Counted from the stretch's first letter, positions 9,862-20,712 are shown. The stretch is 64,000 bases of DNA from an uncultured Verrucomicrobiae bacterium (GCA_963837955.1 CAWIPH010000002.1:640001-704000), one strand, 5' to 3'. Numbers and translations: made by a program. Notes: a model not told the origin generated them from the sequence alone.

Positions 9862-10964
9862 GTTGTCGCAGGTTGCGTCTGGAGCCAGTCTCGATACGCC
9901 CAGGGAGAAATCTCGGACGGCTTAATCTCCGAGCGTCCGCCCCAGAATACATTCGTATAGGCCACGGGTATTCCGCACTGCTTCAGATGGCTGTCGATCG
10001 CTGCCTTATGTGCCAGGAGCCACTCTTTGTCTGTGCCATGGGCCACAGCCATGATGTTCACATTGCCAAATTCGGGGCCGCCTTCCCGCCAGTAACAATG
10101 GGTTAGGACCTCGTGGCGGCCCACTTCGGACCCAGCTTGAATTTCCCGGCCGGGCGGTACGGCCCAATGAAAAAGCGCGTTGAAACGGGTAACGCGAATA
10201 CCAGCGACCGACGGTTTTACATGCTCAAGAAAGGTTGAAAAACGGCCGATGATTTTCCGCTCATTTAAGCCCTCCGCAATCTCGAAAAATGTTGTAAGCG
10301 GTAAGTCGCATTCGGCAGCGCGGCCGGCCCAAGGATTGGGGTGAATTTCGGTGACTGCAAACTCTCGTTTCAAGGCAACTAATACGCGCCACTCGATTTC
10401 ACTGAGCGCAACAATCTCAGTGCTTATCATCTGGGCCGGCATTTCGGATCGCGCGCCCGGCTCCAAAACTTTTCGGCGCACGTGTCCGACCCCGAGCGCA
10501 AATATACCTTTTGCAGGCATCAGCTTCACTTTTTCGGCGCCGACCGTTTGAGCCAAAATTCTGGCATGCTCTCCCAGGGAGTAGCCTTGGGGCACTTTGA
10601 TTGTTGTCCAAAGCCGATACTCACTGCCGGAGGTATTTTGGTCGGTCGAACGAAGCACGACATGACCCGAAAAAGGATCGCGTCTGTACATCAAATCAAA
10701 GGCGGCATCCAGTCTGTTTGGATCGACCTTCCAGGCGACGAGAGCCCCCTGGGCCAGGCTTGTCGCCAAAAGTGTCTGTCGAACCCGCCGAATCGTACCG
10801 GCTTCCAACATGGAACGTATCCTGGCGATGACCAACTCCTCTTCGACTCCGGACAGTTTGGCGATTTCTCGAAACGGTTCTCGGACAAATCCTGAGATTT
10901 TATCCTCAGAATAGGCAAGAATCCTGGCGTTAATTTCGTCGGTATGCTCGGACGTGGTCTTCAT
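9858..10964 (-). CDS. Tandem Lrp/AsnC-like protein resembling fused siroheme decarboxylase AhbA/AhbB (NirDL/NirGH)
   Basis: Two wHTH+RAM halves ('REPFREIAKLSG...GTIRR', 'PNPWAGRA...RKIIGRF'), with a THCYWR motif in the second half. Confidence 0.65.
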   Translation of the reverse strand: MKTTSEHTDEINARILAYSEDKISGFVREPFREIAKLSGVEEELVIARIRSMLEAGTIRRVRQTLLATSLAQGALVAWKVDPNRLDAAFDLMYRRDPFSGHVVLRSTDQNTSGSEYRLWTTIKVPQGYSLGEHARILAQTVGAEKVKLMPAKGIFALGVGHVRRKVLEPGARSEMPAQMISTEIVALSEIEWRVLVALKREFAVTEIHPNPWAGRAAECDLPLTTFFEIAEGLNERKIIGRFSTFLEHVKPSVAGIRVTRFNALFHWAVPPGREIQAGSEVGRHEVLTHCYWREGGPEFGNVNIMAVAHGTDKEWLLAHKAAIDSHLKQCGIPVAYTNVFWGGRSEIKPSEISPWAYRDWLQTQPATT

Positions 10965-11043
10965 GGACGCCCGTCATCATATCATACTATCTAGAAGGGG
11001 CGAATAACGCCGAAGGAGGCGCCAAAAGCGCGCGGGTAAGCAC

Positions 11044-11205
11044 GTAGCCTGATGCTCTAGCCTCAGGGACAGTACGGGTAACTGGTGATCAGAGAAAGGA
11101 ACGGCAATTGGGTGGTGAGAGATTTCTGGCGGGATTTCCCGATAGGCGTTTCACCGATCACTTCTCACACGCCATACCCACCCTGAGGCTGGAGCGTCAG
11201 GCTAC
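11044..11205. repeat. Inverted repeat pair of 25 bp (REP doublet / REPIN-like)
   Basis: GTAGCCTGATGCTCTAGCCTCAGGG (11044-11068) is the reverse complement of CCCTGAGGCTGGAGCGTCAGGCTAC (11181-11205) with 2 mismatches. Confidence 0.8.
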
Positions 11206-11212
11206 TGGTGCG

Positions 11213-11584
<372 letters not shown>

Positions 11585-11786
11585 TCAAAAGTCGTAGATG
11601 CGCCGCTTAACATTCTCCATACGGCGCAACCCCGACAGTCAAGCATGGCGATACTCGATAAGTAATTAGAAGTTTGCGCTATTTTCGGTAGACAAATGGG
11701 TAACTACTCATCCGACAAACGACAGAGCGCCATTAGCATGTGAGCTGAATCATAGCAACCGTCGAACAGATATCCATAGGTGCTTT

Positions 11787-11802
11787 AGCATGGTGCGTGC
11801 CA
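11787..11802 (-). promoter_or_regulatory. Putative sigma54 (-24/-12) promoter for glnB
   Basis: Minus strand reads TGGCACGCACCATGCT, with GG-N10-GC spacing and a TGGCAC core, oriented toward glnB. Confidence 0.65.
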
Positions 11803-12041
11803 CGGGGCGATTCGGTGGCCGAGCATGTCCTACGCTCGCCTCTTTCCTAGCCGTGCATGGCGGAGGGAGCCCAATTTCTTTTCTGGAAGCTAATGGGGAA
11901 GGGGGACCTGAAGTATAAGATCGCGCAGAATGTACAAAATTTGCCAGACGATATCAGATCCTCGAAAGATGCTCGGACCGAGATTTGACCGATACGCAAA
12001 ATGAGTCTAATAAAGTCGGCTCGCGGTGGAAAATCTCCTAG

Positions 12042-12116
12042 GCACGGTTAGCTTAGCGGTAGAGCGACTGGTTTACACCCAGTAGGTCGGGGGTTCGATT
12101 CCCTCACCGTGCACCA
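12042..12116 (+). tRNA. tRNA-Val(TAC)
   Basis: Acceptor GCACGGT/ACCGTGC, anticodon loop TT-TAC-AC, GTTCGATTC T-loop, encoded CCA. Confidence 0.95.
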
Positions 12117-12283
12117 GATTACGCCCTCGCAGACTCGCCAGGGTTCGTCGGGCACGGCATGTTCGCTCGGGAGGTGAGAAAGCTGTGTGAGAATCGCCCT
12201 ATCAACTCGGCTGATAGCCAATCAGGTTATCCGATTACTTCCTCAGAGCGAATAGGACCAGAGTGTTATCAGAAAGGTTCCTT

Positions 12284-12898
12284 ATGAGATTAATTATTAT
12301 TGGGCTCTCAGTGCTGGCCTGCGCGAGCCAAGTTAGGGCTCAAACGCAAATTCAAGTCCGACCGATCACTGTCCAAAGAAGCGTGGCGCCGGTGACTGCT
12401 AGAGTAAATCCCGTGGTTATCCCGAGGAGCGTGACGGCCGTTAATCCGGTAGTTCACAACGTGTCTCCGGTTAGACCGCTTAATTTGCAACGGCCGATGA
12501 CGGTTCACCCGCAACGACTCAATCCCGCGCAATCGAAGGCGATTGATAATGCCGTGCGGAACAACAACTACAATCTGTATCGCAACTACCAGCGGTACTT
12601 TACTCCAAATCAACCCGTAGAAAATCAGGCCGATCACATTGCGCGTTTGCAGGGTATCATTCAGTCCGGAACGCAACCAATTTCGATTCAGCCGGGAGCT
12701 GGTCTGGGTTATACCAGCGGGACAGTACAGCAGGTGCAAACTGCGCTGCGACAGCTTGGCTATTACCATGGTCAAGTGGACGGGCAATTCGGTTCCGGCA
12801 CACAGGAGGCTTTGCAGAATTATCAGCTCAAAGCCAATCAGCCTGCCACTGGTCTTTTGGATCGGCAGACCCTGAGCCAGCTAGGGGTTGTGAGGTGA
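12284..12898 (+). CDS. Secreted protein with C-terminal peptidoglycan-binding domain
   Basis: Signal peptide MRLIIIGLSVLACASQVRA, low-complexity Pro/Val region, VQTALRQLGYY.G.VDG.FG..T..AL..YQ PG_binding_1 pattern. Confidence 0.82.
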   Translation: MRLIIIGLSVLACASQVRAQTQIQVRPITVQRSVAPVTARVNPVVIPRSVTAVNPVVHNVSPVRPLNLQRPMTVHPQRLNPAQSKAIDNAVRNNNYNLYRNYQRYFTPNQPVENQADHIARLQGIIQSGTQPISIQPGAGLGYTSGTVQQVQTALRQLGYYHGQVDGQFGSGTQEALQNYQLKANQPATGLLDRQTLSQLGVVR

Positions 12899-12971
12899 AA
12901 CGGTCGGCGCAATTGCTCTGATGATGGTGGAGGGGCGCTGTGTATGCCCGTCGGTGTTAAGGTGGCCAAGG

Positions 12972-13928
12972 CTATGGCGGGACGAGCCGAGCGTTGGGCA
13001 CCGACTGGCAAATGGCGCGAGCTGACTCAGCGTCCTTCGTGATCTGCGCTTGCAGCTCTGATAGGTTCGAAAACTTCTTTTCGGGGCGAAGGTATTTCAG
13101 AAATCGAAGCTCTACATCCTCGCCGTAGATTTGGCGATCGAAGTCAAAGAGGTAGACTTCTAGTAACCGCTCGCCACCGCCTTCTTGGATCGTTGGCCTG
13201 AAGCCGATGTTGGCTACCGCTCCGTGCTCCGCCCCGCGATACAACGCCGTAACTGCGTAGACCCCGTTTGGGGGGAATTGCTCATTGTGCGCCCGCAGGT
13301 TTGCTGTTGGATATCCCAGTTTTCGGCCGAGATGATTGCCCTCTACCACTGTGCCTAGGACCGTGAACGGTCTGCCGAGCAATCGTTCAGCCAAAGAGAA
13401 ATCGCCCTGTTCGACCGCTTCGCGAATTCGGGTGCTGCTTACGATTTGGCCATCGACCGCAAACGGAGGAATGTCTTGCAATTGAAATTTGTAGGTTTCG
13501 GCGAGGACTCGAAGCAGGGATACTTTACCGCTGCGATTTGCCCCAAAACTCCAGCCTTCGCCCACGCAAATGGTTTTCAGCTGATTGGAGCTTTGGACGA
13601 GCCGCTGGACAAACTCCGCTGGCTCAGTTCGGGCAAACGCAAGTGAGAATTCTTGAATGAGAAAAGCGTCGACGCCAAGTCGCTCAACAAGCTGTTGTTT
13701 ATGCTGCGTCGAAGTAAGCAATCGCGGAGCATTGTCCGGCCGGAGCACTTGCACGGGGTGAGGGTGAAAGGTTAGGACGACTGAGTTGCCGCCGGAAGTC
13801 CGAGCCGCTTCGACGGATTGTCGGATCACTGCTTGATGACCCAAGTGAATCCCATCAAATACTCCGATCGCTAAGTGGGTTGGTCCGTCGATTTCCCCGA
13901 GTTCTTCGATGGAATGGAAAACCTTCAT
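12972..13928 (-). CDS. ribF: Bifunctional riboflavin kinase / FAD synthetase
   Basis: IGVFDGIHLGHQ, VSSTRIR, GRKLGYPTAN; start set at MKVFHS. Confidence 0.95.
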   Translation of the reverse strand: MKVFHSIEELGEIDGPTHLAIGVFDGIHLGHQAVIRQSVEAARTSGGNSVVLTFHPHPVQVLRPDNAPRLLTSTQHKQQLVERLGVDAFLIQEFSLAFARTEPAEFVQRLVQSSNQLKTICVGEGWSFGANRSGKVSLLRVLAETYKFQLQDIPPFAVDGQIVSSTRIREAVEQGDFSLAERLLGRPFTVLGTVVEGNHLGRKLGYPTANLRAHNEQFPPNGVYAVTALYRGAEHGAVANIGFRPTIQEGGGERLLEVYLFDFDRQIYGEDVELRFLKYLRPEKKFSNLSELQAQITKDAESARAICQSVPNARLVPP

Positions 13929-13956
13929 TTGAGAGTGGATTTGCGAAAGATCCTTC

Positions 13957-14679
13957 TCAGGCTCCGCGCATCCGTGAAACGTCTGGCAACGAAATGATCT
14001 TGCGGGTGAGGATCTCGGGCGTCGAAGCATCCAGTTCTTCTATCGTCAACGACCCTTCGACCGCAAATCGGCCCGACTTCGTTCGGCGAAGGGCAGCCAA
14101 ATGAGCGCCGCACCCGAGTTCCAGCCCAATTTCGTGCGCGTAGGTGCGCACATAAAAGCCCTTGCTGCAAATGACGCGGAAATCGATCTCCGGCAAACGA
14201 ATCGCTCGAATCTCGTGCGCGTAGACGTGCACGAAGCGCGCCTCTCGGTCGACGACCTTACCCTGCCTGGCTAGTTTATAGAGCGGAACACCATCTTTCT
14301 TGATTGCCGAAACCATGGGAGGGGTTTGATAGAAATCGCCGTGAAATTTCTGAAACGCCGCCTCCACCTTGCTCGTCTCGATGCACTCGACCGGGCGTTT
14401 CTCGGTAATTTGGCCGTCACAGTCTTGCGAGTCGGTGATTTCTCCGAGCTTCATGGTTCCCACGTACTCCTTATCCTCGCTCATTAGTAGGTCTTGAATC
14501 TTGGTCGCCTTTCCGACAACGACCAGCAACAGTCCTGTAGCCAGAGGATCGAGGGTTCCGCAGTGGCCGACTTTTTGCGCACCTAACCGCCTACGGACGA
14601 GCGCCACCACATCATGGCTTGTGATACCGCTGGCTTTGTCCACCAAAAGCAATCCGTCAATGCAGTTTTGCAATTTCAT
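13957..14679 (-). CDS. truB: tRNA pseudouridine(55) synthase
   Basis: KVGHCGTLDPLATG, PPMVSAIKKDG.PLYKLAR, CSKGFYVRT. Confidence 0.95.
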   Translation of the reverse strand: MKLQNCIDGLLLVDKASGITSHDVVALVRRRLGAQKVGHCGTLDPLATGLLLVVVGKATKIQDLLMSEDKEYVGTMKLGEITDSQDCDGQITEKRPVECIETSKVEAAFQKFHGDFYQTPPMVSAIKKDGVPLYKLARQGKVVDREARFVHVYAHEIRAIRLPEIDFRVICSKGFYVRTYAHEIGLELGCGAHLAALRRTKSGRFAVEGSLTIEELDASTPEILTRKIISLPDVSRMRGA

Positions 14680-15634
14680 TACTCACCCGGTTTGCCACGA
14701 TCTTTTCGACCTCGTCCAAGGTTCCGCGAATTCGTGCGCCGGCGGCGAGCTGATGCCCACCTCCGCCGAATTCACCGCAGATCTTATTCACGTCGATCTT
14801 GGGGTCTTTGGAGCGCACGCTAATCCGCACGCGGTTGTCCGGCAGTTCCTCAAACAAAATCGCTACTACGATCGTATCGATGCCGCGAACAACCTCGATC
14901 AATCCGTCGGTGTCATCTGGTTGAATCCGAAGCTGCTGTTTCTTTTCCAAGGTTAACGCCATTGTTCCGATTTGGTCGTTGGCGTAAAAATGGGTGTTCT
15001 GCAAAAGCTCACGCAGGAGGAGCACACGCCTCTTTGGCTGACTTTCATACAGACTGTGGGAGACACGCGCTACATCGACGCCTTGCCGCACCAGCTCTGC
15101 GACCACCTCAAACGTGTGGGCGGATGTATTCCGGTAGCGAAACGAGCCAGTATCCGTTGAGATAGCTACAAACAGTGCTTCCGCGATATCGAGCGTCAAT
15201 GGATATCCCCGATCCTGAATCAATTCGAAAATGATTTGACCCGTTGCGGGAGCGGTTACGTCCAAATAATTTAAGTCCCCGTAGCTCGGATTGCTCGCGT
15301 GATGGTCAATGTTGATCCAACAGTCTGCCTGCGCGATCGCTCGCAGAGGAGTCCCTAATCGGTCTCGGCTCGCTGTGTCCAAAGCGATCACGAGGTCGAA
15401 AGTTCTGGCGTCAGTTGGCGGAACAACCACCAGTTCGGATTTCTTCAAGAAGTTAAACGCTTCGGGCAGTCCATCTTCATTCCAGACATCAACCGTTTTA
15501 CCGATGGCGGATAGAGCCAGCGCGAGCGCAAGCTGGGAACCAATGGCATCTCCATCGGGCCGAACGTGGCTCAGGATAGCGATGGTGCGAGATTCTTGGA
15601 TCTTCTCGGCGATTGCAGCGAATCCCTCGTTCAT
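14657..15634 (-). CDS. nrnA: DHH/DHHA1 phosphoesterase (nanoRNase / pAp phosphatase NrnA-like)
   Basis: HVRPDGDAIGS, IDHH, TDTGSF, GGGGH..AAG; typical position between rbfA and truB. Confidence 0.85.
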   Translation of the reverse strand: MNEGFAAIAEKIQESRTIAILSHVRPDGDAIGSQLALALALSAIGKTVDVWNEDGLPEAFNFLKKSELVVVPPTDARTFDLVIALDTASRDRLGTPLRAIAQADCWINIDHHASNPSYGDLNYLDVTAPATGQIIFELIQDRGYPLTLDIAEALFVAISTDTGSFRYRNTSAHTFEVVAELVRQGVDVARVSHSLYESQPKRRVLLLRELLQNTHFYANDQIGTMALTLEKKQQLRIQPDDTDGLIEVVRGIDTIVVAILFEELPDNRVRISVRSKDPKIDVNKICGEFGGGGHQLAAGARIRGTLDEVEKIVANRVSNEIAKLH

Positions 15635-15984
15635 TGGCTCGCGGGCGGTTCATCCAAATCTTGGATGATCTTCAGAACGCGACTTCCCCGTTCAATCGAA
15701 TCGTCTAATTTGAAGTACAAGTGTGGGGTATATTTCAAAACAACTCGCTTGGAAAGCTCGCGTTGCATGATGGTGCGATGATCCTCTAATTGTTCCAGCA
15801 CGCGAATCTTCTGTGCTTCCTGGCCGATTACACTAACGAAAACGTGACATTGGCGGAGATCAGGAGTGATCTCGACTGCGGGAATCGTTACCAGAACCTG
15901 CGCGTCGAAGCTGATCTCCCGCGAAACGATTTCACTCAGCTCCCTTTTGAGCACCTCATTGACCCGCTCCAATCGATGTTTCAT
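15631..15984 (-). CDS. rbfA: Ribosome-binding factor A
   Basis: RLERVNE.LKRELS, TPDLR, KYTPHLYFKLDDSIE. Confidence 0.95.
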   Translation of the reverse strand: MKHRLERVNEVLKRELSEIVSREISFDAQVLVTIPAVEITPDLRQCHVFVSVIGQEAQKIRVLEQLEDHRTIMQRELSKRVVLKYTPHLYFKLDDSIERGSRVLKIIQDLDEPPASQ

Positions 15985-16069
15985 AGAACCAGCGTTGTTT
16001 TGCCGGCTGTTCCGGAACGCAAGCCAACGTTGCTATTCGAACCGGAAAGCTCCGCTGCGCGAAAAGACC

Positions 16070-18322
16070 TTACAGCTGCTGGGCGACCTTCTCCAAGTTG
16101 TAGCACTCGATGATGTCGCCGACTTCGTATTCGGTGTAATCCCCCAGTTTAATCCCACACTCAACACCGGCGCGCACCTCTTTAACATCATCCTGGAATC
16201 GACGTAGGGTCGCGATACCGCCGTCATAAATCGGTTGGCGTTTTCGGATTACACGCGCTCTGCCGGTGCGAATGATCCGGCCATCGGAAACATAGCAGCC
16301 GGCAACCGTTCCTTTGGAAAGCTCGAATACCTGGCGAACTTCTGCATGACCCACGACCGATTCCCGCAGTTCGGGATCGAGCATGCCGACCATGGCTTCT
16401 TTTACCTGATCGATCAGTTCGTAGATGATACTGTAGAGTTTGATCTGTACACCCTCGCGCTTTGCGGCGGAGGCAGCCTGGTTCTCAGTCTTAACGTTAA
16501 ATCCGATAATGACAGCGTTGGACGCGGTTGCCAAAAGCACATCCGACTCACTGATTGGGCCCACCCCAGCATGGATGATCTCCAAATCGATCTTCTTGCT
16601 CTCGATCTGATTGAGCGCTGTGCTGATCGCTTCGGCGGATCCTTGAACATCACACTTCAGAATGATCTGTAGCTGTTTCTTGCCGTCTCCCATGCTGTCA
16701 AACAGGCTTTCCAAAGTGGCCCGCTGCGGCATGGCTAGCTTCTGGCTCCGCAATTCAAGCAAGCGCTCTTCACCCAAAGTTCGAGCAGACCGCTCCGATT
16801 CCATCACGAGCAACTCGTCTCCGGCATTGGGCAACCCAGTAAAACCAAGTACCTTGATGGGTGTAGCCGGACCTGCTTCACGCACATTTTGTCCGGTATC
16901 ACCAATCAACGACTTCACTTTCCCCCAGTAACTCCCGCAGATGAACGGCTGGCCTACCTTGAGGGTGCCCATCCGAACGATGGCGGTCACGGTCGGCCCG
17001 CGGCCGGCTTCGAGTTGAGCCTCGATCACGGTAGCCCGCGCTGCTGCCGTCGGACTCGCTCTCAGTTCTAGGACTTCCGCCTGAAGAAGCATCATTTCCA
17101 GCAGATGATCGATCCCAGTCCCCTTCGTCGCGGACACCGGGCAGCAAATTGTTTCTCCGCCCCAATCTTCCGGCGTAAGCCCCCGCTCCTGGAGCTGTGT
17201 TTTCACTCGATCGAGATTGGCTGATGGCAAATCGATCTTGTTGATTGCTACGATGATCGGAACCTTGGCGGCCTTCGCGTGATTGATCGCCTCGATGGTC
17301 TGTGGCATGATGCCGTCGTCCGCGGCGACTACCAGCACGACAATGTCGGTCACGGTGGCCCCTCGGGCCCGCATCGCCGTGAACGCTTGGTGACCTGGTG
17401 TATCAAGAAACGTGATCGGTTGGCCGTTATGCACCACGCTATAAGCCGCGATGTGCTGGGTGATTCCTCCAGCTTCTCCGGCCGCCACACGCGATTTTCG
17501 GATCGCGTCCATCAATGAAGTCTTTCCATGGTCGACGTGCCCCATGAACGTGATGATCGGAGCGCGCGGCTTTAGTTCTTCCTGCGGCGGCGGTTGCGGA
17601 GCACGCGGCTCAACCACTACCACCTCGATCTTGTGGACGCCGGCGCCTTTTTCGCGCTTTTCTACCTCAAAAATGTAACCGTGTTTTTTACAGATAGCCG
17701 AGGCAATATCCGGTTCAATCGTGTGATTGATGGCCGCGAAAATGTTCATCTCCATCAAATCACTGATCACCTGGAACGGCTTGAGGCCGATCTGCTGCGC
17801 TAAATCCCGCACGATGATTGGGGGCTTCAAATGAACAATTTTGCTGTCCGGGGCGCTCGGCTCCGCAGACGGCGTTTCCGGTGCCTGCACCACTGGCGCC
17901 GCTGCTTGCACCGGTTCCGGTTCAGGTTTGACCGGCGGCTTGATAGCTGGGACCGCGGTCGGACTCGGTACCCGAATCTTTGAAATCGGCGGTAAAACCG
18001 AGCGAGTCTCCGAGTTCGCTGCAGGGTCGGATTTTTTCGGACGCTTCTCCTCGATTAATGAAACGGTCTCCGGCTTTGGCGGCGGCGGTGGAGGCGGAGC
18101 CGCCGGCTCCTTTTTGGCCGGCGGGACTTCTCTCGGCTTCGCTCTACTGATCGGAGGGACCCCCCCCTTCCTGGCTGGCTTGGATTCGGTTACCACTTTT
18201 TTGGTCTTCGGAGAAATCAGATCGGTTGTTGTCTTGCGCGCAGCGCTCTTGTGGGCTGCAGGTTCAGCCTTGGCCCCTGATTTGGGGGAGGAATCTTTGC
18301 GGGTGCTTGCGCGTGTTACCAT
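16070..18322 (-). CDS. infB: Translation initiation factor IF-2
   Basis: [30 protein letters not shown]; Pro/Lys-rich N-terminus. Confidence 0.97.
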   Translation of the reverse strand: MVTRASTRKDSSPKSGAKAEPAAHKSAARKTTTDLISPKTKKVVTESKPARKGGVPPISRAKPREVPPAKKEPAAPPPPPPPKPETVSLIEEKRPKKSDPAANSETRSVLPPISKIRVPSPTAVPAIKPPVKPEPEPVQAAAPVVQAPETPSAEPSAPDSKIVHLKPPIIVRDLAQQIGLKPFQVISDLMEMNIFAAINHTIEPDIASAICKKHGYIFEVEKREKGAGVHKIEVVVVEPRAPQPPPQEELKPRAPIITFMGHVDHGKTSLMDAIRKSRVAAGEAGGITQHIAAYSVVHNGQPITFLDTPGHQAFTAMRARGATVTDIVVLVVAADDGIMPQTIEAINHAKAAKVPIIVAINKIDLPSANLDRVKTQLQERGLTPEDWGGETICCPVSATKGTGIDHLLEMMLLQAEVLELRASPTAAARATVIEAQLEAGRGPTVTAIVRMGTLKVGQPFICGSYWGKVKSLIGDTGQNVREAGPATPIKVLGFTGLPNAGDELLVMESERSARTLGEERLLELRSQKLAMPQRATLESLFDSMGDGKKQLQIILKCDVQGSAEAISTALNQIESKKIDLEIIHAGVGPISESDVLLATASNAVIIGFNVKTENQAASAAKREGVQIKLYSIIYELIDQVKEAMVGMLDPELRESVVGHAEVRQVFELSKGTVAGCYVSDGRIIRTGRARVIRKRQPIYDGGIATLRRFQDDVKEVRAGVECGIKLGDYTEYEVGDIIECYNLEKVAQQL

Positions 18323-18364
18323 GAATGATCTGTCTCGTTAAAATTTTCATCGCTCCATCTCTCA

Positions 18365-19627
18365 TCAGATGGAAGCCATTTTTCGATCGTGCTCTTTCTT
18401 CGCCGATTCGTGAATCTGACGGGCCCGGTCGACATCCCCCTGGAGAATCTCGGCAATGTCCTTCGGATCCGTCTCGAGGATACCGTCAATACTGTTAACC
18501 CCGGCGCTTGCGAGTAATCGGGCAGTTTCTTCGTCGATATTCAGTGTTTTCGCAAGGATCGAGATTGCTTGAGCAAATTTTTGCTCGAAGGCATGCGTTA
18601 CCGATTCATCCTTCGAAATATTGATTTCCCAACCGGTCAATCGAGAGGTGAGCCGAGCATTCTGCCCGCGACGTCCGATGGCCAACGAAAGTTGGTCTTC
18701 CTCTACCGTCACCTGCACAGCGTGCCGGCCTTCATCAATCGTGATCGATTTGATTTTGGCCGGTTTCAACGCCTCAACCACGAATTCTCGGGGATCCGCG
18801 CTCCACCTGATGATATCGACTTTCTCCTGGTTCAGTTCGCGGACGATGTTCTTCACCCGAGAGCCGCGCATTCCGACACAGGCGCCAACCGGATCAACTT
18901 TCTCGTCCGCCGACCAGACAGCGATTTTGGTCCGGTACCCAGCTTCACGTGAAATCGCTTTGATTTCTACCGTCCGGTCCGCTATTTCGCTAACTTCAAC
19001 CTCAAACAACCGGCGTACAAAATTAGGGTGGCTCCGAGAGATGATGATCTCGGGTCCCCGATTCGAATTTTCCACAGCCACAACGTAGGCCCGGATCCGG
19101 TCACCGATGTTATAATCTTCGGTGGCGACCCGTTCGCGCATCGGCATGATGGCTTCGAATTTGCCGAGATCGATAATTACGTCCGAGCGATCAAATCTCC
19201 GGACCGTTCCGCTGACGATTTCTCCTGCTCGATCCTTAAATTCATCGAAAATCATCTCCTTCTCGATTTGGCGAATGCGCTGCAAGATGGCCTGACGCGC
19301 AGTCTGGGCGGCGATCCGTCCAAATCCTTCGGGCGTGACTTCAACTTCGATCACATCCCCAACATTGGCTTCCGGCTTAATCTTCTTCGCTCGCGTCAAC
19401 AGAATCTCGTCATGCACACTCTGGATATGTTCGACGACAATCAGGTTCGCCAAAGCCGTGATCTCGCCGGTTCGCGGATCAATCGTCACACGAAGGTCGC
19501 GGGCCGGGCCGACGCTCTTCTTAGCGGCAGTCAGCAAAGCGGTAGATAGTGCATCAAGCAAAACCTCGCGCTTGATGCCTTTCTCGCGCTCCATATAATC
19601 TAGCACCGCTATTAGATCACTGTTCAT
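18365..19627 (-). CDS. nusA: Transcription termination/antitermination factor NusA
   Basis: FGRIAAQTARQ, S1 and KH domains (VDPVGACVGMRGSRV, AIGRRGQNARL); start set at MNSDLIAV. Confidence 0.96.
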   Translation of the reverse strand: MNSDLIAVLDYMEREKGIKREVLLDALSTALLTAAKKSVGPARDLRVTIDPRTGEITALANLIVVEHIQSVHDEILLTRAKKIKPEANVGDVIEVEVTPEGFGRIAAQTARQAILQRIRQIEKEMIFDEFKDRAGEIVSGTVRRFDRSDVIIDLGKFEAIMPMRERVATEDYNIGDRIRAYVVAVENSNRGPEIIISRSHPNFVRRLFEVEVSEIADRTVEIKAISREAGYRTKIAVWSADEKVDPVGACVGMRGSRVKNIVRELNQEKVDIIRWSADPREFVVEALKPAKIKSITIDEGRHAVQVTVEEDQLSLAIGRRGQNARLTSRLTGWEINISKDESVTHAFEQKFAQAISILAKTLNIDEETARLLASAGVNSIDGILETDPKDIAEILQGDVDRARQIHESAKKEHDRKMASI

Positions 19628-19701
19628 AAAACAAGAAGGGACCGATCGGCCGGGAACGCCATGGTTTGCACGACGATCCGACCATTTCGGTCGAGTCGAA
19701 C

Positions 19702-19729
19702 AATCTAAGGCGAAAAAGTTGAGCGTCAA
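19702..19729 (-). promoter_or_regulatory. Putative sigma70 promoter for the nusA operon
   Basis: Minus strand TTGACG-N16-TAGATT, about 75 bp upstream of the nusA ATG. Confidence 0.45.
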
Positions 19730-19793
19730 GCCAACCTACCCGTGCGACCCGGGAAACCGGGGCTGTTTTAACCGGTAGCCGTGGTTCTCTTGG

Positions 19794-20480
19794 ATGATTC
19801 GAACGGTCACCTTCGACGCCGCCAACACGCTGATTCGGTTGACCGCACCCCCAGGCCAAACCTACGCGGCTGTAGCTCGCCGATTTGGCGCTACCCCCGA
19901 CCCGGTCCGCTTGAACGACGCTTTCTTGCTTGCCTGGAAAGAAACGCCCCCGCTTCCAGATGAATTTGGGCCAAGAGCGGACGACGGGCGTTCTTGGTGG
20001 CGAAACCTGGTACAGGCAACGCTCACGCGAGCGGACTGCAGCGTAAATTCGTTCCCGGAGTACTTTGATGCCGTCTACCAAGAATTTACCCGTCCAGGAA
20101 TCTGGCAGTTGATGCCCGGCGTGACTGACTTGTTGAGTGCGCTCGCTCAATCTGGCATTCGCCTTGGCGTCGTTTCCAATTTCGATCGGCGGCTCTACCT
20201 CATTCTCAGGAATTTGGAGGTTCTTGACCGATTTGAGCACATCGTCGTTTCCAGCGAAGTCGGGACCGATAAACCTTCGCCGCGCATATTTGAGGAAGTG
20301 CTCAGGCGATTTCAGATATCCGCCAAAGAGGCGCTTCACGTCGGGGATGAAGACGAGGCGGATGGGGTGGGTCCTCGCGCTGTTGGAATGTTCGCCTTCG
20401 TCCTGGGAAAAGATGGCAATTTGAATGAGCTATTCTGGACGATTAGCCGGTTAGCCAGGCGGGATTTAAGCGCGGGTTGA
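19794..20480 (+). CDS. HAD-IA family hydrolase (REG-2-like)
   Basis: FDAANTL motif I, VVSNFD, K-PSPRIF, HVGDE..DG. Confidence 0.85.
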   Translation: MIRTVTFDAANTLIRLTAPPGQTYAAVARRFGATPDPVRLNDAFLLAWKETPPLPDEFGPRADDGRSWWRNLVQATLTRADCSVNSFPEYFDAVYQEFTRPGIWQLMPGVTDLLSALAQSGIRLGVVSNFDRRLYLILRNLEVLDRFEHIVVSSEVGTDKPSPRIFEEVLRRFQISAKEALHVGDEDEADGVGPRAVGMFAFVLGKDGNLNELFWTISRLARRDLSAG

Positions 20481-20594
20481 TTTGGAGCACTAGTGAACCC
20501 GGTTCAAAAGGCAGCTGCGTTTCGCCTGTGCCCGAAAGACTGGTTGAGCCAAAAAAGACTAATCTTAGAGAGTTATACGAAGTTTCTCGCGAGG

Positions 20595-20618
20595 ATTGTA
20601 TACAATATTGTTGACAAT
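20595..20618. promoter_or_regulatory. Tandem palindromic operators (GntR/FadR-type)
   Basis: ATTGTATACAAT followed directly by ATTGTTGACAAT, which contains a TTGACA -35 hexamer. Confidence 0.65.
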
Positions 20619-20712
20619 CCGTTTTTCGATGATTCCTTTTCTACGAAAGTAAGCCCGTTCCAAGAAACGCTGAATCTCAGAAAATCCAGTCAGTTCGGGC
20701 CGAGGACGCAAC

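Noticed and set aside
19617..20339. 240-aa minus-strand ORF upstream of nusA as a possible rimP
   Set aside because: No RimP similarity; it is antisense to the HAD hydrolase gene.
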